Assembly: GCF_044324875.1 (NCBI RefSeq)
Contig: NZ_CP172185.1
Length of the DNA: 64,000 nucleotides
Strand: one strand, 5' to 3'
Source of the DNA: Escherichia coli
Lineage (GTDB): Bacteria > Pseudomonadota > Gammaproteobacteria > Enterobacterales > Enterobacteriaceae
The stretch's first letter is position 1; each line of letters begins with the position of its first letter. A program made the position numbers and the translations under genes. A model generated the notes under the pieces. The model was given only the letters and a program-made list of their open reading frames with translations, was not told where the DNA came from and made no database searches. Below are positions 24,361 to 38,616 of this stretch, in pieces.

Positions 24361-26700
24361 ATGAAAAGAAAACTATTCTGGATTTGTGCAGTGGCTATGG
24401 GGATGAGTGCGTTCCCCTCTTTCATGACGCAGGCGACGCCAGCAACGCAACCACTGATCAATGCTGAGCCAGCTGTAGCCGCCCAGACGGAACAAAATCC
24501 GCAGGTGGGACAAGTGATGCCAGGCGTGCAGGGCGCTGATGCGCCAGTCGTGGCGCAGAACGGTCCTTCGCGTGATGTGAAGCTGACCTTTGCGCAAATT
24601 GCGCCGCCGCCGGGCAGCATGGTGCTACGTGGCATTAACCCGAACGGCAGCATTGAGTTTGGTATGCGCAGCGATGAAGTGGTGACGAAGGCGATGCTCA
24701 ATCTCGAATACACGCCATCGCCATCGTTACTGCCTGTCCAGTCGCAGTTAAAGGTTTATCTCAATGATGAACTGATGGGCGTGCTGCCAGTGACCAAAGA
24801 ACAGTTGGGTAAAAAAACGCTGGCACAAATGCCCATTAACCCACTGTTTATTACCGACTTCAACCGTGTGCGGCTGGAGTTTGTCGGTCATTATCAGGAC
24901 GTGTGCGAAAACCCGGCCAGCACCACGCTTTGGCTGGATGTTGGGCGGAGCAGTGGACTGGATCTGGCCTATCAGACCCTGAATGTGAAGAATGACCTGT
25001 CACACTTCCCGGTACCATTCTTTGACCCGCGTGATAACCGTACTAACACCTTGCCGATGGTCTTTGCGGGTGCGCCGGATGTCGGGCTGCAACAAGCATC
25101 TGCCATTGTCGCCTCGTGGTTTGGTTCGCGTTCTGGCTGGCGTGGGCAGAACTTCCCGGTGCTCTATAACCAATTGCCGGATCGCAATGCCATCGTTTTT
25201 GCCACCAATGACAAACGCCCGGATTTCCTGCGCGATCATCCGGCGGTAAAAGCCCCGGTGATTGAGATGATCAACCATCCGCAGAATCCTTACGTCAAAC
25301 TGCTGGTGGTGTTTGGTCGTGACGACAAAGACCTGTTGCAGGCAGCGAAAGGTATCGCTCAGGGTAACATTCTGTTCCGTGGTGAAAGCGTGGTAGTGAA
25401 TGAAGTGAAACCGCTGCTACCGCGTAAGCCGTACGATGCGCCGAACTGGGTGCGTACCGATCGTCCGGTCACCTTTGGTGAACTGAAAACCTATGAAGAA
25501 CAGTTGCAATCCAGCGGTCTTGAGCCAGCAGCGATTAATGTTTCGCTAAACCTGCCGCCAGATCTCTACCTGATGCGCAGTACCGGCATTGATATGGATA
25601 TTAATTACCGCTACACCATGCCGCCGGTGAAAGACAGTTCGCGGATGGATATCAGCCTGAATAACCAGTTCCTGCAATCATTCAATCTGAGCAGCAAACA
25701 GGAGGCGAACCGCCTGCTGCTGCGTATTCCGGTATTACAAGGTTTGCTGGATGGCAAAACGGATGTCTCTATTCCGGCGCTGAAACTGGGCGCGACCAAC
25801 CAGCTGCGCTTTGACTTTGAGTATATGAACCCGATGCCTGGCGGTTCGGTGGATAACTGTATTACCTTCCAGCCGGTGCAGAATCATGTGGTGATTGGTG
25901 ACGATTCCACCATCGACTTCTCGAAGTATTACCACTTCATCCCGATGCCGGATCTACGCGCTTTTGCTAACGCGGGCTTCCCGTTCAGCCGGATGGCGGA
26001 TCTGTCGCAAACCATCACCGTGATGCCGAAAACGCCTAACGAAGCACAGATGGAAACGTTGCTGAATACTGTTGGTTTTATCGGCGCACAGACGGGCTTC
26101 CCGGCGATTAATCTGACGGTGACCGATGATGGCAGCACCATTCAGGGCAAAGATGCCGACATCATGATCATCGGTGGTATCCCGGACAAACTGAAAGACG
26201 ACAAGCAGATCGACCTGTTGGTGCAGGCGACCGAAAGCTGGGTGAAAACGCCGATGCGCCAGACCCCGTTCCCCGGCATTGTTCCGGACGAGAGCGATCG
26301 CGCGGCAGAAACCCAGTCAACGCTGACCTCTTCCGGTGCGATGGCGGCGGTGATTGGCTTCCAGTCGCCGTATAACGACCAGCGCAGCGTGATTGCGCTG
26401 CTGGCAGATAGCCCACGCGGTTATGAAATGCTTAACGATGCGGTGAACGATAGCGGCAAACGCGCCACCATGTTCGGTTCGGTCGCGGTGATCCGCGAGT
26501 CCGGTATCAATAGCCTACGCGTTGGCGACGTCTATTACGTTGGCCATCTGCCGTGGTTCGAACGCTTATGGTATGCGCTGGCAAACCATCCGATTCTGCT
26601 GGCGGTGCTGGCGGCAATCAGCGTCGTGCTGCTGGCATGGGTACTGTGGCGTCTGCTGCGTATTATCAGCCGTCGTCGTCTTAACCCGGATAACGAGTAA
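24361..26700 (+). CDS. bcsB: cellulose synthase periplasmic subunit BcsB
   Basis: MKRKLFWICAVAMGMSAFPSFM... signal peptide; 779 aa. Confidence 0.9.
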   Translation: MKRKLFWICAVAMGMSAFPSFMTQATPATQPLINAEPAVAAQTEQNPQVGQVMPGVQGADAPVVAQNGPSRDVKLTFAQIAPPPGSMVLRGINPNGSIEFGMRSDEVVTKAMLNLEYTPSPSLLPVQSQLKVYLNDELMGVLPVTKEQLGKKTLAQMPINPLFITDFNRVRLEFVGHYQDVCENPASTTLWLDVGRSSGLDLAYQTLNVKNDLSHFPVPFFDPRDNRTNTLPMVFAGAPDVGLQQASAIVASWFGSRSGWRGQNFPVLYNQLPDRNAIVFATNDKRPDFLRDHPAVKAPVIEMINHPQNPYVKLLVVFGRDDKDLLQAAKGIAQGNILFRGESVVVNEVKPLLPRKPYDAPNWVRTDRPVTFGELKTYEEQLQSSGLEPAAINVSLNLPPDLYLMRSTGIDMDINYRYTMPPVKDSSRMDISLNNQFLQSFNLSSKQEANRLLLRIPVLQGLLDGKTDVSIPALKLGATNQLRFDFEYMNPMPGGSVDNCITFQPVQNHVVIGDDSTIDFSKYYHFIPMPDLRAFANAGFPFSRMADLSQTITVMPKTPNEAQMETLLNTVGFIGAQTGFPAINLTVTDDGSTIQGKDADIMIIGGIPDKLKDDKQIDLLVQATESWVKTPMRQTPFPGIVPDESDRAAETQSTLTSSGAMAAVIGFQSPYNDQRSVIALLADSPRGYEMLNDAVNDSGKRATMFGSVAVIRESGINSLRVGDVYYVGHLPWFERLWYALANHPILLAVLAAISVVLLAWVLWRLLRIISRRRLNPDNE

Positions 26701-26706
26701 TTGAAG

Positions 26707-27813
26707 ATGAATGTGTTGCGTAGTGGACTCGTGACGATGCTGCTGCTGGCTGCCTTTAGTGTTCAGGCAGCCTGTACCTGGCCTGCCTGGGAGCAGTTTA
26801 AAAAGGATTACATCAGTCAGGAAGGGCGCGTCATCGACCCCAGCGACGCGCGCAAAATCACCACCTCCGAAGGACAAAGTTACGGCATGTTCTTTGCCCT
26901 GGCGGCTAACGACCGTGCAGCTTTCGATAATATTCTCGACTGGACGCAGAACAATCTCGCTCAGGGTTCTTTAAAAGAACGTTTGCCTGCCTGGCTGTGG
27001 GGCAAGAAAGAGAACAGTAAGTGGGAAGTGCTGGACAGCAATTCGGCCTCCGATGGTGATGTCTGGATGGCCTGGTCGTTGCTGGAGGCGGGGCGTTTGT
27101 GGAAAGAGCAGCGTTATACCGACATCGGCAGCGCGTTGTTAAAACGTATCGCGCGGGAGGAAGTGGTGACGGTGCCTGGGCTGGGTTCCATGTTGTTACC
27201 GGGCAAAGTGGGTTTTGCTGAGGATAACAGCTGGCGTTTTAACCCCAGCTACCTGCCGCCGACGCTGGCGCAGTATTTCACCCGCTTTGGCGCGCCGTGG
27301 ACTACGCTGCGCGAAACCAATCAACGTTTATTGCTGGAAACCGCCCCGAAAGGCTTTTCGCCAGACTGGGTGCGCTATGAGAAAGACAAAGGCTGGCAGC
27401 TAAAAGCCGAAAAAACATTGATCAGCAGCTACGACGCTATCCGCGTTTACATGTGGGTAGGCATGATGCCTGACAGCGATCCGCAAAAAGCGCGGATGCT
27501 CAACCGGTTTAAACCGATGGCGACATTCACCGAGAAAAACGGCTATCCGCCAGAAAAAGTGGATGTGGCTACGGGGAAAGCGCAGGGTAAAGGACCGGTC
27601 GGTTTTTCTGCCGCCATGCTGCCCTTTTTACAAAACCGCGATGCGCAGGCCGTTCAGCGCCAGCGCGTGGCCGATAACTTTCCCGGCAGCGATGCCTATT
27701 ACAACTATGTGCTGACCCTGTTTGGACAAGGCTGGGATCAACACCGTTTCCGCTTCTCGACAAAAGGTGAGTTATTACCTGACTGGGGCCAGGAATGCGC
27801 AAATTCACACTAA
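26707..27813 (+). CDS. bcsZ: endo-1,4-beta-glucanase BcsZ (glycoside hydrolase family 8)
   Basis: [30 protein letters not shown]...; 368 aa. Confidence 0.9.
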   Translation: MNVLRSGLVTMLLLAAFSVQAACTWPAWEQFKKDYISQEGRVIDPSDARKITTSEGQSYGMFFALAANDRAAFDNILDWTQNNLAQGSLKERLPAWLWGKKENSKWEVLDSNSASDGDVWMAWSLLEAGRLWKEQRYTDIGSALLKRIAREEVVTVPGLGSMLLPGKVGFAEDNSWRFNPSYLPPTLAQYFTRFGAPWTTLRETNQRLLLETAPKGFSPDWVRYEKDKGWQLKAEKTLISSYDAIRVYMWVGMMPDSDPQKARMLNRFKPMATFTEKNGYPPEKVDVATGKAQGKGPVGFSAAMLPFLQNRDAQAVQRQRVADNFPGSDAYYNYVLTLFGQGWDQHRFRFSTKGELLPDWGQECANSH

Positions 27814-30800
27814 ACATATTCACGCTTTCTCTCGGTCTGGCCGTCATGCCGATGGTCGAGGCAGCACCAACCGCTCAGCAACAGTTGCTGGAGCAAGTTC
27901 GGTTAGGCGAAGCGACCCATCGTGAAGACCTGGTGCAACAGTCGTTGTATCGTCTGGAACTTATTGATCCGAATAACCCGGAAGTCGTTGCCGCCCGTTT
28001 CCGTTCTCTGTTACGTCAGGGCGATATTGATGGCGCGCAAAAACAGCTCGATCGGCTGTCGCAGTTAGCGCCGAGTTCAAATGCGTATAAATCGTCGCGG
28101 ACCACAATGTTGCTTTCCACGCCGGATGGTCGTCAGGCACTGCAACAGGCAAGATTGCAGGCGACGACCGGTCATGCAGAAGAAGCTGTGGCGAGTTACA
28201 ACAAACTGTTCAACGGTGCGCCGCCGGAAGGTGACATTGCCGTCGAGTACTGGAGTACGGTGGCGAAAATTCCGGCTCGCCGTGGCGAAGCGATTAATCA
28301 GCTAAAACGCATTAATGCGGATACGCCGGGCAATACGGGCCTACAAAACAATCTGGCGCTATTGCTGTTTAGTAGCGATCGCCGTGACGAAGGTTTTGCC
28401 GTCCTGGAACAGATGGCGAAATCAAACGCCGGGCGCGAAGGGGCCTCTAAAATCTGGTACGGGCAGATTAAAGACATGCCCGTCAGCGATGCCAGTGTGT
28501 CGGCGCTGAAAAAATATCTCTCGATCTTTAGTGATGGCGATAGCGTAGCTGCGGCGCAATCGCAACTGGCAGAACAGCAAAAACAGCTGGCCGACCCTGC
28601 TTTCCGCGCTCGTGCGCAAGGTTTAGCGGCGGTGGACTCTGGTATGGCGGGTAAAGCCATTCCCGAACTACAACAGGCAGTGCGGGCGAACCCGAAAGAC
28701 AGTGAGGCTCTGGGGGCGCTGGGCCAGGCGTATTCTCAGAAAGGCGATCGCGCCAATGCGGTGGCGAATCTGGAAAAAGCCCTCGCCCTGGATCCGCACA
28801 GCAGCAACAACGACAAATGGAACAGTCTCCTGAAAGTAAACCGCTACTGGCTGGCGATCCAGCAGGGCGATGCTGCGCTGAAAGCCAATAATCCTGACCG
28901 GGCAGAACGCCTGTTCCAGCAGGCGCGTAATGTCGATAACACCGACAGCTATGCAGTGCTGGGGCTGGGCGATGTGGCGATGGCGCGCAAAGATTATCCC
29001 GCCGCTGAACGCTATTACCAGCAGACCCTGCGTATGGACAGCGGCAACACTAACGCCGTGCGCGGGCTGGCGAATATATACCGCCAGCAATCGCCAGAAA
29101 AAGCTGAAGCGTTTATCGCCTCGCTCTCTGCCAGTCAGCGGCGAAGCATTGATGATATCGAACGCAGCCTGCAAAACGACCGTCTGGCACAGCAGGCAGA
29201 GGCACTGGAAAACCAGGGCAAATGGGCGCAGGCGGCAGCACTTCAGCGGCAACGACTGGCGCTGGACCCCGGCAGCGTATGGATTACTTACCGACTTTCG
29301 CAGGATCTCTGGCAGGCCGGACAACGCAGCCAGGCCGATACGTTAATGCGTAATCTGGCGCAGCAGAAGCCGAACGACCCGGAGCAGGTTTACGCTTACG
29401 GGCTGTATCTCTCTGGTCATGACCAGGACAGAGCGGCGCTGGCGCATATCAACAGCCTGCCGCGCGCGCAGTGGAGCAGCAATATTCAGGAGCTGGTTAA
29501 TCGACTGCAAAGCGATCAGGTACTGGAAACCGCTAATCGCCTGCGAGAAAGCGGCAAAGAAGCTGAAGCGGAAGCGATGCTGCGCCAGCAACCACCTTCC
29601 ACGCGCATAGACCTCACGCTGGCTGACTGGGCGCAACAACGACGTGATTACACCGCCGCTCGCGCTGCATATCAGAATGTCCTGACGCGGGAGCCAACTA
29701 ACGCCGATGCCATTCTTGGTCTGACGGAAGTGGATATTGCTGCCGGTGACAAAGCGGCGGCACGTAGCCAGCTGGCGAAGCTGCCTGCCACCAATAACGC
29801 CTCGCTGAACACTCAGCGGCGCGTGGCGCTGGCACAGGCGCAGCTTGGCGATACCGCAGCGGCGCAGCAGACATTTAATCAGTTGATCCCGCTGGCAAAA
29901 TCTCAGCCGCCGTCGATGGAAAGTGCGATGGTGCTGCGCGACGGTGCGAAGTTTGAAGCGCAGGCGGGCGATCCAAAGCAGGCGCTGGAAACCTACAAAG
30001 ACGCGATGGTCGCATCCGGTGTGACCACGACGCGTCCGCAGGATAACGACACCTTTACCCGGCTGACCCGTAACGACGAGAAAGATGACTGGCTGAAACG
30101 CGGCGTGCGCAGCGATGCAGCGGACCTCTATCGCCAGCAGGATCTTAACGTCACCCTCGAGCACGATTACTGGGGGTCGAGCGGCACCGGTGGTTACTCC
30201 GATCTGAAAGCGCACACTACCATGTTGCAGGTGGATGCGCCGTATTCTGACGGGCGGATGTTCTTTCGTAGTGATTTCGTCAATATGAACGTCGGCAGTT
30301 TCTCCACTAATGCCGATGGCAAATGGGATGACAACTGGGGCACCTGTACATTACAGGACTGTAGCGGCAACCGCAGCCAGTCGGATTCCGGTGCCAGCGT
30401 GGCGGTCGGTTGGCGAAATGACGTCTGGAGCTGGGATATCGGCACCACGCCGATGGGCTTCAACGTGGTGGATGTGGTCGGCGGCATCAGTTACAGCGAT
30501 GATATCGGGCCGCTGGGTTACACCGTTAACGCCCATCGTCGGCCCATCTCCAGTTCTTTGCTGGCCTTTGGTGGGCAAAAAGACTCTCCGAGCAATACCG
30601 GGAAAAAATGGGGCGGCGTGCGTGCCGACGGCGTGGGGCTAAGCCTGAGCTACGATAAAGGTGAAGCAAACGGCGTCTGGGCATCGCTTAGCGGTGACCA
30701 GTTAACCGGTAAAAATGTCGAAGATAACTGGCGCGTGCGCTGGATGACGGGCTATTACTATAAGATCATCAACCAGAATAATCGCCGTGTGACCATTGGT

Positions 30801-31268
30801 CTTAACAATATGATCTGGCATTACGACAAAGACCTGAGTGGCTACTCACTCGGTCAGGGCGGTTACTACAGCCCGCAGGAATACCTGTCGTTTGCCATAC
30901 CGGTGATGTGGCGGGAGCGCACGGAAAACTGGTCGTGGGAGCTGGGGGCGTCTGGCTCGTGGTCGCATTCACGCACCAAAACCATGCCGCGTTATCCGCT
31001 GATGAATCTGATCCCGACCGACTGGCAGGAAGAAGCTGCGCGGCAATCCAACGATGGCGGCAGCAGTCAGGGCTTCGGCTATACGGCGCGGGCATTACTT
31101 GAACGACGTGTTACTTCCAACTGGTTTGTCGGCACGGCAATTGATATCCAGCAGGCGAAAGATTACGCACCCAGCCATTTCCTGCTCTACGTACGTTATT
31201 CCGCCGCCGGATGGCAGGGTGACATGGATTTACCGCCGCAGCCGCTGATACCTTACGCCGACTGGTAA
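27795..31268 (+). CDS. bcsC: cellulose synthase outer membrane/TPR subunit BcsC
   Basis: 1157-aa ORF, TPR-rich N-terminal region and C-terminal beta-barrel region. Confidence 0.9.
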   Translation: MRKFTLNIFTLSLGLAVMPMVEAAPTAQQQLLEQVRLGEATHREDLVQQSLYRLELIDPNNPEVVAARFRSLLRQGDIDGAQKQLDRLSQLAPSSNAYKSSRTTMLLSTPDGRQALQQARLQATTGHAEEAVASYNKLFNGAPPEGDIAVEYWSTVAKIPARRGEAINQLKRINADTPGNTGLQNNLALLLFSSDRRDEGFAVLEQMAKSNAGREGASKIWYGQIKDMPVSDASVSALKKYLSIFSDGDSVAAAQSQLAEQQKQLADPAFRARAQGLAAVDSGMAGKAIPELQQAVRANPKDSEALGALGQAYSQKGDRANAVANLEKALALDPHSSNNDKWNSLLKVNRYWLAIQQGDAALKANNPDRAERLFQQARNVDNTDSYAVLGLGDVAMARKDYPAAERYYQQTLRMDSGNTNAVRGLANIYRQQSPEKAEAFIASLSASQRRSIDDIERSLQNDRLAQQAEALENQGKWAQAAALQRQRLALDPGSVWITYRLSQDLWQAGQRSQADTLMRNLAQQKPNDPEQVYAYGLYLSGHDQDRAALAHINSLPRAQWSSNIQELVNRLQSDQVLETANRLRESGKEAEAEAMLRQQPPSTRIDLTLADWAQQRRDYTAARAAYQNVLTREPTNADAILGLTEVDIAAGDKAAARSQLAKLPATNNASLNTQRRVALAQAQLGDTAAAQQTFNQLIPLAKSQPPSMESAMVLRDGAKFEAQAGDPKQALETYKDAMVASGVTTTRPQDNDTFTRLTRNDEKDDWLKRGVRSDAADLYRQQDLNVTLEHDYWGSSGTGGYSDLKAHTTMLQVDAPYSDGRMFFRSDFVNMNVGSFSTNADGKWDDNWGTCTLQDCSGNRSQSDSGASVAVGWRNDVWSWDIGTTPMGFNVVDVVGGISYSDDIGPLGYTVNAHRRPISSSLLAFGGQKDSPSNTGKKWGGVRADGVGLSLSYDKGEANGVWASLSGDQLTGKNVEDNWRVRWMTGYYYKIINQNNRRVTIGLNNMIWHYDKDLSGYSLGQGGYYSPQEYLSFAIPVMWRERTENWSWELGASGSWSHSRTKTMPRYPLMNLIPTDWQEEAARQSNDGGSSQGFGYTARALLERRVTSNWFVGTAIDIQQAKDYAPSHFLLYVRYSAAGWQGDMDLPPQPLIPYADW

Positions 31269-31349
31269 GTTTTCAGATAGCGCCTCTCTTAATGCCGCTG
31301 CGATCGGGTATACTCGGGCGGCAATCTGGGATTTCCGGGGGGAGACAAT

Positions 31350-33338
31350 TTGCGCGTAAGTCGCTCGTTAACAATCAAGCAGATGGCAATGGTGGCAGCC
31401 GTTGTCCTGGTGTTCGTTTTTATTTTTTGCACCGTTTTGCTGTTCCATCTGGTCCAGCAGAATCGCTTTAACACGGCTACGCAACTGGAAAGCATTGCTC
31501 GCTCTGTCCGCGAACCCTTATCTTCAGCTATTTTGAAAGGCGATATTCCCGAAGCGGAAGCTATTCTTGCCAGCATTAAACCGGCAGGCGTGGTCAGCCG
31601 TGCCGATGTAGTGCTGCCTAACCAGTTCCAGGCGCTGCGTAAAAGTTTTATTCCAGAGCGTCCGGTGCCGGTAATGGTTACTCGCCTGTTTGAGCTACCG
31701 GTTCAAATCTCGCTGGGTGTCTACTCGCTCGAACGTCCGGCAAATCCGCAGCCAATTGCCTATCTGGTGCTACAGGCGGATTCCTTCCGCATGTATAAGT
31801 TCGTGATGAGCACCCTCTCAGCGTTAGTGACCATTTACTTACTTTTGTCGTTAATATTGACGGTGGCGATTAGCTGGTGCATTAACCGCCTGATTTTGCA
31901 TCCGTTACGCAATATTGCTCGCGAACTTAACGCCATCCCTGCCCAGGAGCTTGTTGGTCACCAACTGGCATTACCACGTCTGCATCAGGACGATGAAATC
32001 GGTATGCTGGTGCGCAGTTACAACCTCAACCAGCAATTGCTGCAGCGCCATTATGAAGAACAGAACGAAAACGCGATGCGCTTCCCGGTGTCGGATTTGC
32101 CGAACAAAGCCTTGCTGATGGAGATGCTGGAGCAGGTTGTCGCGCGTAAACAAACCACCGCGCTGATGATCATCACCTGTGAAACCCTGCGTGATACTGC
32201 GGGCGTGCTGAAAGAGGCGCAACGAGAAATTCTGCTGCTGACGCTGGTGGAAAAACTCAAATCGGTACTGTCGCCACGTATGATCCTCGCGCAGATTAGT
32301 GGTTATGACTTTGCTGTCATTGCCAATGGTGTACAGGAACCGTGGCACGCAATCACTTTAGGTCAGCAAGTGCTCACTATCATGAGCGAGCGCCTGCCGA
32401 TTGAACGTATTCAACTCCGTCCGCACTGTAGCATTGGCGTGGCGATGTTCTACGGCGATCTCACCGCCGAACAGCTTTACAGTCGTGCTATTTCTGCGGC
32501 ATTTACCGCTCGCCATAAAGGCAAGAATCAGATTCAGTTCTTTGATCCGCAGCAGATGGAAGCCGCCCAACAGCGGTTGACGGAAGAGAGCGATATCCTT
32601 AATGCACTGGAAAATCATCAGTTTGCGATTTGGTTACAGCCACAGGTCGAGATGACCAGCGGTAAACTGGTCAGTGCGGAAGTGTTACTGCGTATCCAGC
32701 AACCGGATGGCAGTTGGGATCTGCCGGATGGCTTAATCGATCGCATTGAATGCTGTGGGCTGATGGTTACCGTTGGTCACTGGGTGCTGGAAGAGTCCTG
32801 TCGACTGCTTGCTGCCTGGCAAGAGCGCGGCATTATGCTGCCCTTGTCGGTAAACCTCTCAGCGCTGCAACTGATGCACCCGAATATGGTGGCGGATATG
32901 CTGGAACTGTTAACCCGCTATCGCATTCAGCCGGGAACACTGATTCTGGAAGTGACAGAAAGCCGACGTATTGACGACCCTCATGCTGCGGTGGCAATCC
33001 TCCGTCCGCTGCGCAATGCCGGAGTTCGGGTGGCGCTGGATGATTTCGGCATGGGCTATGCGGGGCTGCGTCAGCTGCAGCATATGAAATCGTTGCCAAT
33101 CGACGTACTGAAAATCGACAAAATGTTTGTTGAAGGCTTGCCGGAAGATAGCAGCATGATTGCTGCAATTATCATGTTGGCGCAAAGCCTGAACTTACAA
33201 ATGATTGCCGAAGGCGTGGAGACTGAAGCACAACGCGACTGGCTGGCAAAAGCGGGCGTTGGTATTGCCCAGGGCTTCCTTTTTGCTCGCCCACTCCCTA
33301 TTGAAATCTTCGAAGAGAGTTACCTGGAAGAAAAGTAG
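31350..33338 (+). CDS. pdeK: c-di-GMP phosphodiesterase PdeK (YhjK; HAMP-GGDEF-EAL); TTG start as in track, alternative ATG at 31383
   Basis: 662-aa ORF with C-terminal EAL region; Shine-Dalgarno GGGGGAGA upstream of the TTG. Confidence 0.8.
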   Translation: MRVSRSLTIKQMAMVAAVVLVFVFIFCTVLLFHLVQQNRFNTATQLESIARSVREPLSSAILKGDIPEAEAILASIKPAGVVSRADVVLPNQFQALRKSFIPERPVPVMVTRLFELPVQISLGVYSLERPANPQPIAYLVLQADSFRMYKFVMSTLSALVTIYLLLSLILTVAISWCINRLILHPLRNIARELNAIPAQELVGHQLALPRLHQDDEIGMLVRSYNLNQQLLQRHYEEQNENAMRFPVSDLPNKALLMEMLEQVVARKQTTALMIITCETLRDTAGVLKEAQREILLLTLVEKLKSVLSPRMILAQISGYDFAVIANGVQEPWHAITLGQQVLTIMSERLPIERIQLRPHCSIGVAMFYGDLTAEQLYSRAISAAFTARHKGKNQIQFFDPQQMEAAQQRLTEESDILNALENHQFAIWLQPQVEMTSGKLVSAEVLLRIQQPDGSWDLPDGLIDRIECCGLMVTVGHWVLEESCRLLAAWQERGIMLPLSVNLSALQLMHPNMVADMLELLTRYRIQPGTLILEVTESRRIDDPHAAVAILRPLRNAGVRVALDDFGMGYAGLRQLQHMKSLPIDVLKIDKMFVEGLPEDSSMIAAIIMLAQSLNLQMIAEGVETEAQRDWLAKAGVGIAQGFLFARPLPIEIFEESYLEEK

Positions 33339-33484
33339 CTACCCCAAACTGATTACAAAACTTTAAAAAGTGCTGGTTTGTGCGAGCCAGCTCAAACTTT
33401 TTAACCTTTTTGTTTCAATTATGATCCAGGTACATTTCTGTGATGTTGTCTGGGTGTTATTTTAAGGCCGCAGGTACCCCATAA

Positions 33485-34807
<1,323 letters not shown>

Positions 34808-35026
34808 TCTCACCACTTATGCCCGCACTCCCTTCCCCGAGTGCGGGTGTTTGCGCATAATTGACCCTTGTGCCTGAACTTACCACCTGGGTGAGTTCAG
34901 GTTTATTTCACTTCTTCCGTGACATTTTCATGTTCTTGCGGTCTAACACGAAGTGTTTTTAACGTCATTTAGACTGACCGACAACGGGCAGTTTTTTATT
35001 ACCAGGATAGTTGATCAGGGGTTCAC

Positions 35027-36523
35027 ATGCAGGGCACAAAAATTCGACTTTTAGCGGGCGGTTTGCTGATGATGGCCACTGCTGGCTATGTGCAGGCAGA
35101 TGCGCTCCAGCCTGATCCAGCATGGCAACAGGGGACGCTTTCCAACGGTTTACAGTGGCAAGTGCTGACCACGCCCCAGCGTCCCAGCGATCGTGTTGAA
35201 ATTCGCCTGCTGGTTAATACCGGTTCGCTCGCCGAAAGTACACAACAGAGCGGTTACAGTCACGCCATCCCTCGTATTGCGTTAACGCAAAGTGGTGGCC
35301 TTGAAGCAGCACAGGCGCGTTCATTGTGGCAGCAGGGGATCGACCCTAAACGCCCGATGCCGCCGGTAATTGTCTCTTATGACACCACGCTGTTTAATCT
35401 GAGTTTGCCCAATAACCGTAACGACTTGCTGAAAGAAGCGCTCTCTTATCTGGCAAATGCCACTGGCAAACTGACTATCACGCCAGAAACCATCAACCAC
35501 GCGCTGCAAAGTCAGGACATGGTGGCAACCTGGCCTGCCGATACTAAAGAGGGCTGGTGGCGCTATCGTCTGAAAGGATCAACCTTGTTAGGTCACGATC
35601 CTGCCGATCCGCTGAAACAACCCGTTGAAGCGGAAAAGATTAAAGATTTCTATCAGAAATGGTACACCCCGGATGCAATGACGCTGCTGGTGGTGGGAAA
35701 CGTGGATGCGCGCTCGGTCGTCGACCAAATCAATAAAACGTTTGGCGAACTGAAAGGCAAACGTGAAACACCGGCTCCGGTGCCGACGCTTTCTCCGCTG
35801 CGTGCGGAAGCGGTGAGTATTATGACTGACGCGGTGCGTCAGGACCGGTTATCCATCATGTGGGATACGCCGTGGCAGCCGATTCGTGAATCAGCCGCAC
35901 TGCTGCGCTACTGGCGTGCGGACCTGGCCCGTGAGGCGCTGTTCTGGCATGTTCAGCAAGCGTTAAGCGCCAGTAACAGCAAAGATATCGGTCTTGGATT
36001 TGACTGTCGTGTGCTGTATCTGCGTGCGCAGTGTGCCATTAACATCGAATCACCAAACGACAAGCTGAGCAGCAACCTTAATCTGGTGGCGCGTGAACTG
36101 GCGAAGGTTCGCGATAAAGGTCTGCCGGAAGAGGAGTTCAATGCGTTAGTGGCGCAAAAGAAACTGGAGCTGCAGAAACTGTTTGCCGCCTATGCGCGAG
36201 CTGATACCGATATTCTGATGGGTCAGCGGATGCGTTCGTTGCAAAATCAGGTCGTTGATATCGCGCCGGAGCAATATCAGAAACTGCGCCAGGACTTCCT
36301 TAACAGCCTGACGGTGGAGATGTTAAATCAGGATCTGCGTCAGCAGTTGTCGAATGATATGGCGTTAATACTCCTGCAGCCGAAAGGCGAGCCGGAATTT
36401 AACATGAAAGCGTTGCAGGCGGCCTGGGATCAAATCATGACCCCATCTACTGCCGCTGCGACCACCTCTGTCGCCACGGATGACGTACATCCTGAAGTGA
36501 CGGATATTCCACCTGTACAGTAA
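35027..36523 (+). CDS. yhjJ: putative periplasmic M16-family zinc peptidase YhjJ
   Basis: 498-aa ORF with signal peptide. Confidence 0.85.
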   Translation: MQGTKIRLLAGGLLMMATAGYVQADALQPDPAWQQGTLSNGLQWQVLTTPQRPSDRVEIRLLVNTGSLAESTQQSGYSHAIPRIALTQSGGLEAAQARSLWQQGIDPKRPMPPVIVSYDTTLFNLSLPNNRNDLLKEALSYLANATGKLTITPETINHALQSQDMVATWPADTKEGWWRYRLKGSTLLGHDPADPLKQPVEAEKIKDFYQKWYTPDAMTLLVVGNVDARSVVDQINKTFGELKGKRETPAPVPTLSPLRAEAVSIMTDAVRQDRLSIMWDTPWQPIRESAALLRYWRADLAREALFWHVQQALSASNSKDIGLGFDCRVLYLRAQCAINIESPNDKLSSNLNLVARELAKVRDKGLPEEEFNALVAQKKLELQKLFAAYARADTDILMGQRMRSLQNQVVDIAPEQYQKLRQDFLNSLTVEMLNQDLRQQLSNDMALILLQPKGEPEFNMKALQAAWDQIMTPSTAAATTSVATDDVHPEVTDIPPVQ

Positions 36524-36618
36524 TGCCTGATGGTGATGAGTTAGCACAACCATCAGGTATTTATGGATGAGCTGGATAGAGGGGTAACACTCTATCCAGC
36601 CTTTTGCATATGCTGCTT

Positions 36619-37548
36619 TTACGCTGGCATCGCTTCACGCGGGATAATCGCGCCGCGATACTGAATAACGGTACTTGCGGTCAGGTGCCCGCGTTTCGCC
36701 GCGTTTTCCGCACTGCCGCCCGTCAAACGTACCGCCAGATAACCGGCACTGAAAGAGTCGCCAGCTGCGGTGGTATCGATCACTTTTTCTTTCGGCAGTT
36801 TCACCGCTGGAACATCCACTAACCCTTCGCCAGCAATGGACACCAGGCAAGAATCCGCCCCGCGTTTCACCACCACTTCTTTCACGCCCGCGTTATGGGT
36901 GCGCGCAATGACATCTTCCACCGGCTGTTGACCCCACAGCGCGTCTTCGTCGTCCAGCGTCAGGAAGGCGATATCCGTGCATTCCAGCATTTGCTGGTAC
37001 ACCTGCTGTGTCTCTTCTTTGCTGGCCCACAGGCGCGGACGATAGTTATTGTCGAAAATCACTTTTCCGCCGTTGGCGCGGCATTCGCGCAGCAGAGAAA
37101 GCAGCTTTTCGCGGCTGGTCGGGCTTAAGATCGCCAGGCTAATCCCGCTCAGGTAGAGATAATCGAAATTCGCCAGCTCTTCGCAAATCGCCGCAGACTG
37201 CTCGCTCTCCAGCCAGAATTTGGCGGCGGCTTCGTTACGCCAGTAGTAGAACGTACGTTCGCCGGTGCTGTCGGTTTCAATGTAGTAAAGGCCCGGCAGA
37301 CGGTTTTCCATCCGTTGGGTCAGGGAAGTATCAACGTTCTCGCCGTGCCAGGCGTCCAGCATCTGCTGGCTAAAACTGTCCGTTCCCAGCGCCGTTACGT
37401 AATGAACGGTTAATTCCGCAGGATCGACCTGACGGGCGATATAGACGGAAGTGTTCAGGGTATCGCCGCCGAAACCGCGCTTAACGTCCGCGCCTTTCTC
37501 GGAAAGCTCAATCATGCATTCGCCAATCACGGCAATCTTTTTGGACAT
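36619..37548 (-). CDS. kdgK: 2-dehydro-3-deoxygluconokinase KdgK
   Basis: MSKKIAVIGECMIELSEKGADV... PfkB-family sugar kinase; the track ORF (425 aa) carries a spurious N-terminal extension. Confidence 0.9.
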   Translation of the reverse strand: MSKKIAVIGECMIELSEKGADVKRGFGGDTLNTSVYIARQVDPAELTVHYVTALGTDSFSQQMLDAWHGENVDTSLTQRMENRLPGLYYIETDSTGERTFYYWRNEAAAKFWLESEQSAAICEELANFDYLYLSGISLAILSPTSREKLLSLLRECRANGGKVIFDNNYRPRLWASKEETQQVYQQMLECTDIAFLTLDDEDALWGQQPVEDVIARTHNAGVKEVVVKRGADSCLVSIAGEGLVDVPAVKLPKEKVIDTTAAGDSFSAGYLAVRLTGGSAENAAKRGHLTASTVIQYRGAIIPREAMPA

Positions 37549-37779
37549 AGTCGTGAACCTGATCTGTAAAAAATTAGCGTTAGTTTGCGCTGTGGTGGTT
37601 TGCTGGTCAACCATATTAAAACAGTGTTCCATTATTTTTTTGAGCCAGAACGTATTCCTGAAAGATTCCGTTGTGGAGTGGGGAAATTTACCCCGGCCAG
37701 GCGGTAAAGTTCTGCCCTTGCGCGCCGATAATCTTTGTCGAGTCCGGGCAGCATCACTTTTAAACACAGGACATCTTTG

Positions 37780-38547
37780 ATGATAAGGCAGGTTATCCAG
37801 CGAATAAGCAACCCTGAAGCAAGCATCGAGAGCTTGCAGGAACGGCGTTTTTGGTTGCAGTGTGAGCGTGCTTACACCTGGCAGCCGATCTATCAAACAT
37901 GCGGGCGGTTAATGGCCGTGGAGCTATTAACGGTGGTCACGCATCCCTTGAACCCTTCGCAACGCCTGCCGCCAGATCGCTATTTTACTGAAATCACCGT
38001 CAGCCATCGGATGGAGGTTGTGAAAGAGCAGATTGATTTGCTGGCGAAAAAAGCCGACTTCTTTGTAGAGCACGACCTGCTGGCATCGGTCAATATTGAT
38101 GGCCCTACGCTCATCGCCCTGCGTCAGCAACCAAAAATCCTGCGCCAGATTGAGCGTCTTCCCTGGCTGCGTTTCGAACTGGTGGAGCATATCCGTCTGC
38201 CGAAAGATTCAACCTTTGCCTCGATGTGTGAATTTGGCCCGCTGTGGCTGGATGATTTTGGCACCGGGATGGCAAATTTCTCTGCGCTAAGTGAAGTGCG
38301 TTATGACTACATCAAAATCGCGCGAGAACTGTTTGTGATGCTGCGTCAGTCGCCGGAAGGCCGCACACTCTTTTCTCAGCTTTTACATCTCATGAATCGC
38401 TATTGTCGCGGGGTGATTGTCGAGGGCGTAGAAACACCGGAAGAGTGGCGCGATGTACAGAACTCGCCCGCATTCGCCGCACAAGGCTGGTTTCTTTCAC
38501 GCCCGGCACCGATAGAAACGCTGAATACGGCGGTTCTGGCGCTATAA
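37780..38547 (+). CDS. pdeH: c-di-GMP phosphodiesterase PdeH (YhjH; EAL domain)
   Basis: MIRQVIQRISNPEASIESLQERRFWLQCE... Confidence 0.9.
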   Translation: MIRQVIQRISNPEASIESLQERRFWLQCERAYTWQPIYQTCGRLMAVELLTVVTHPLNPSQRLPPDRYFTEITVSHRMEVVKEQIDLLAKKADFFVEHDLLASVNIDGPTLIALRQQPKILRQIERLPWLRFELVEHIRLPKDSTFASMCEFGPLWLDDFGTGMANFSALSEVRYDYIKIARELFVMLRQSPEGRTLFSQLLHLMNRYCRGVIVEGVETPEEWRDVQNSPAFAAQGWFLSRPAPIETLNTAVLAL

Positions 38548-38616
38548 GCTGCCTCATTTTCCGACTGGCTGGACTATCTTTAGGACTGGCACAGGAAGAA
38601 TATGAGGAAGCGAACG

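Noticed and set aside
28298-30642. Numerous ORFs of up to 290 aa antisense to or out of frame with bcsC
   Set aside because: They have low-complexity, arginine and cysteine-rich composition and sit entirely within the long TPR-encoding bcsC gene.
36619-37896. 425-aa version of the kdgK ORF
   Set aside because: The first 116 residues are a spurious extension through the kdgK-pdeH divergent promoter region; the kinase starts at MSKKIAV (37548).
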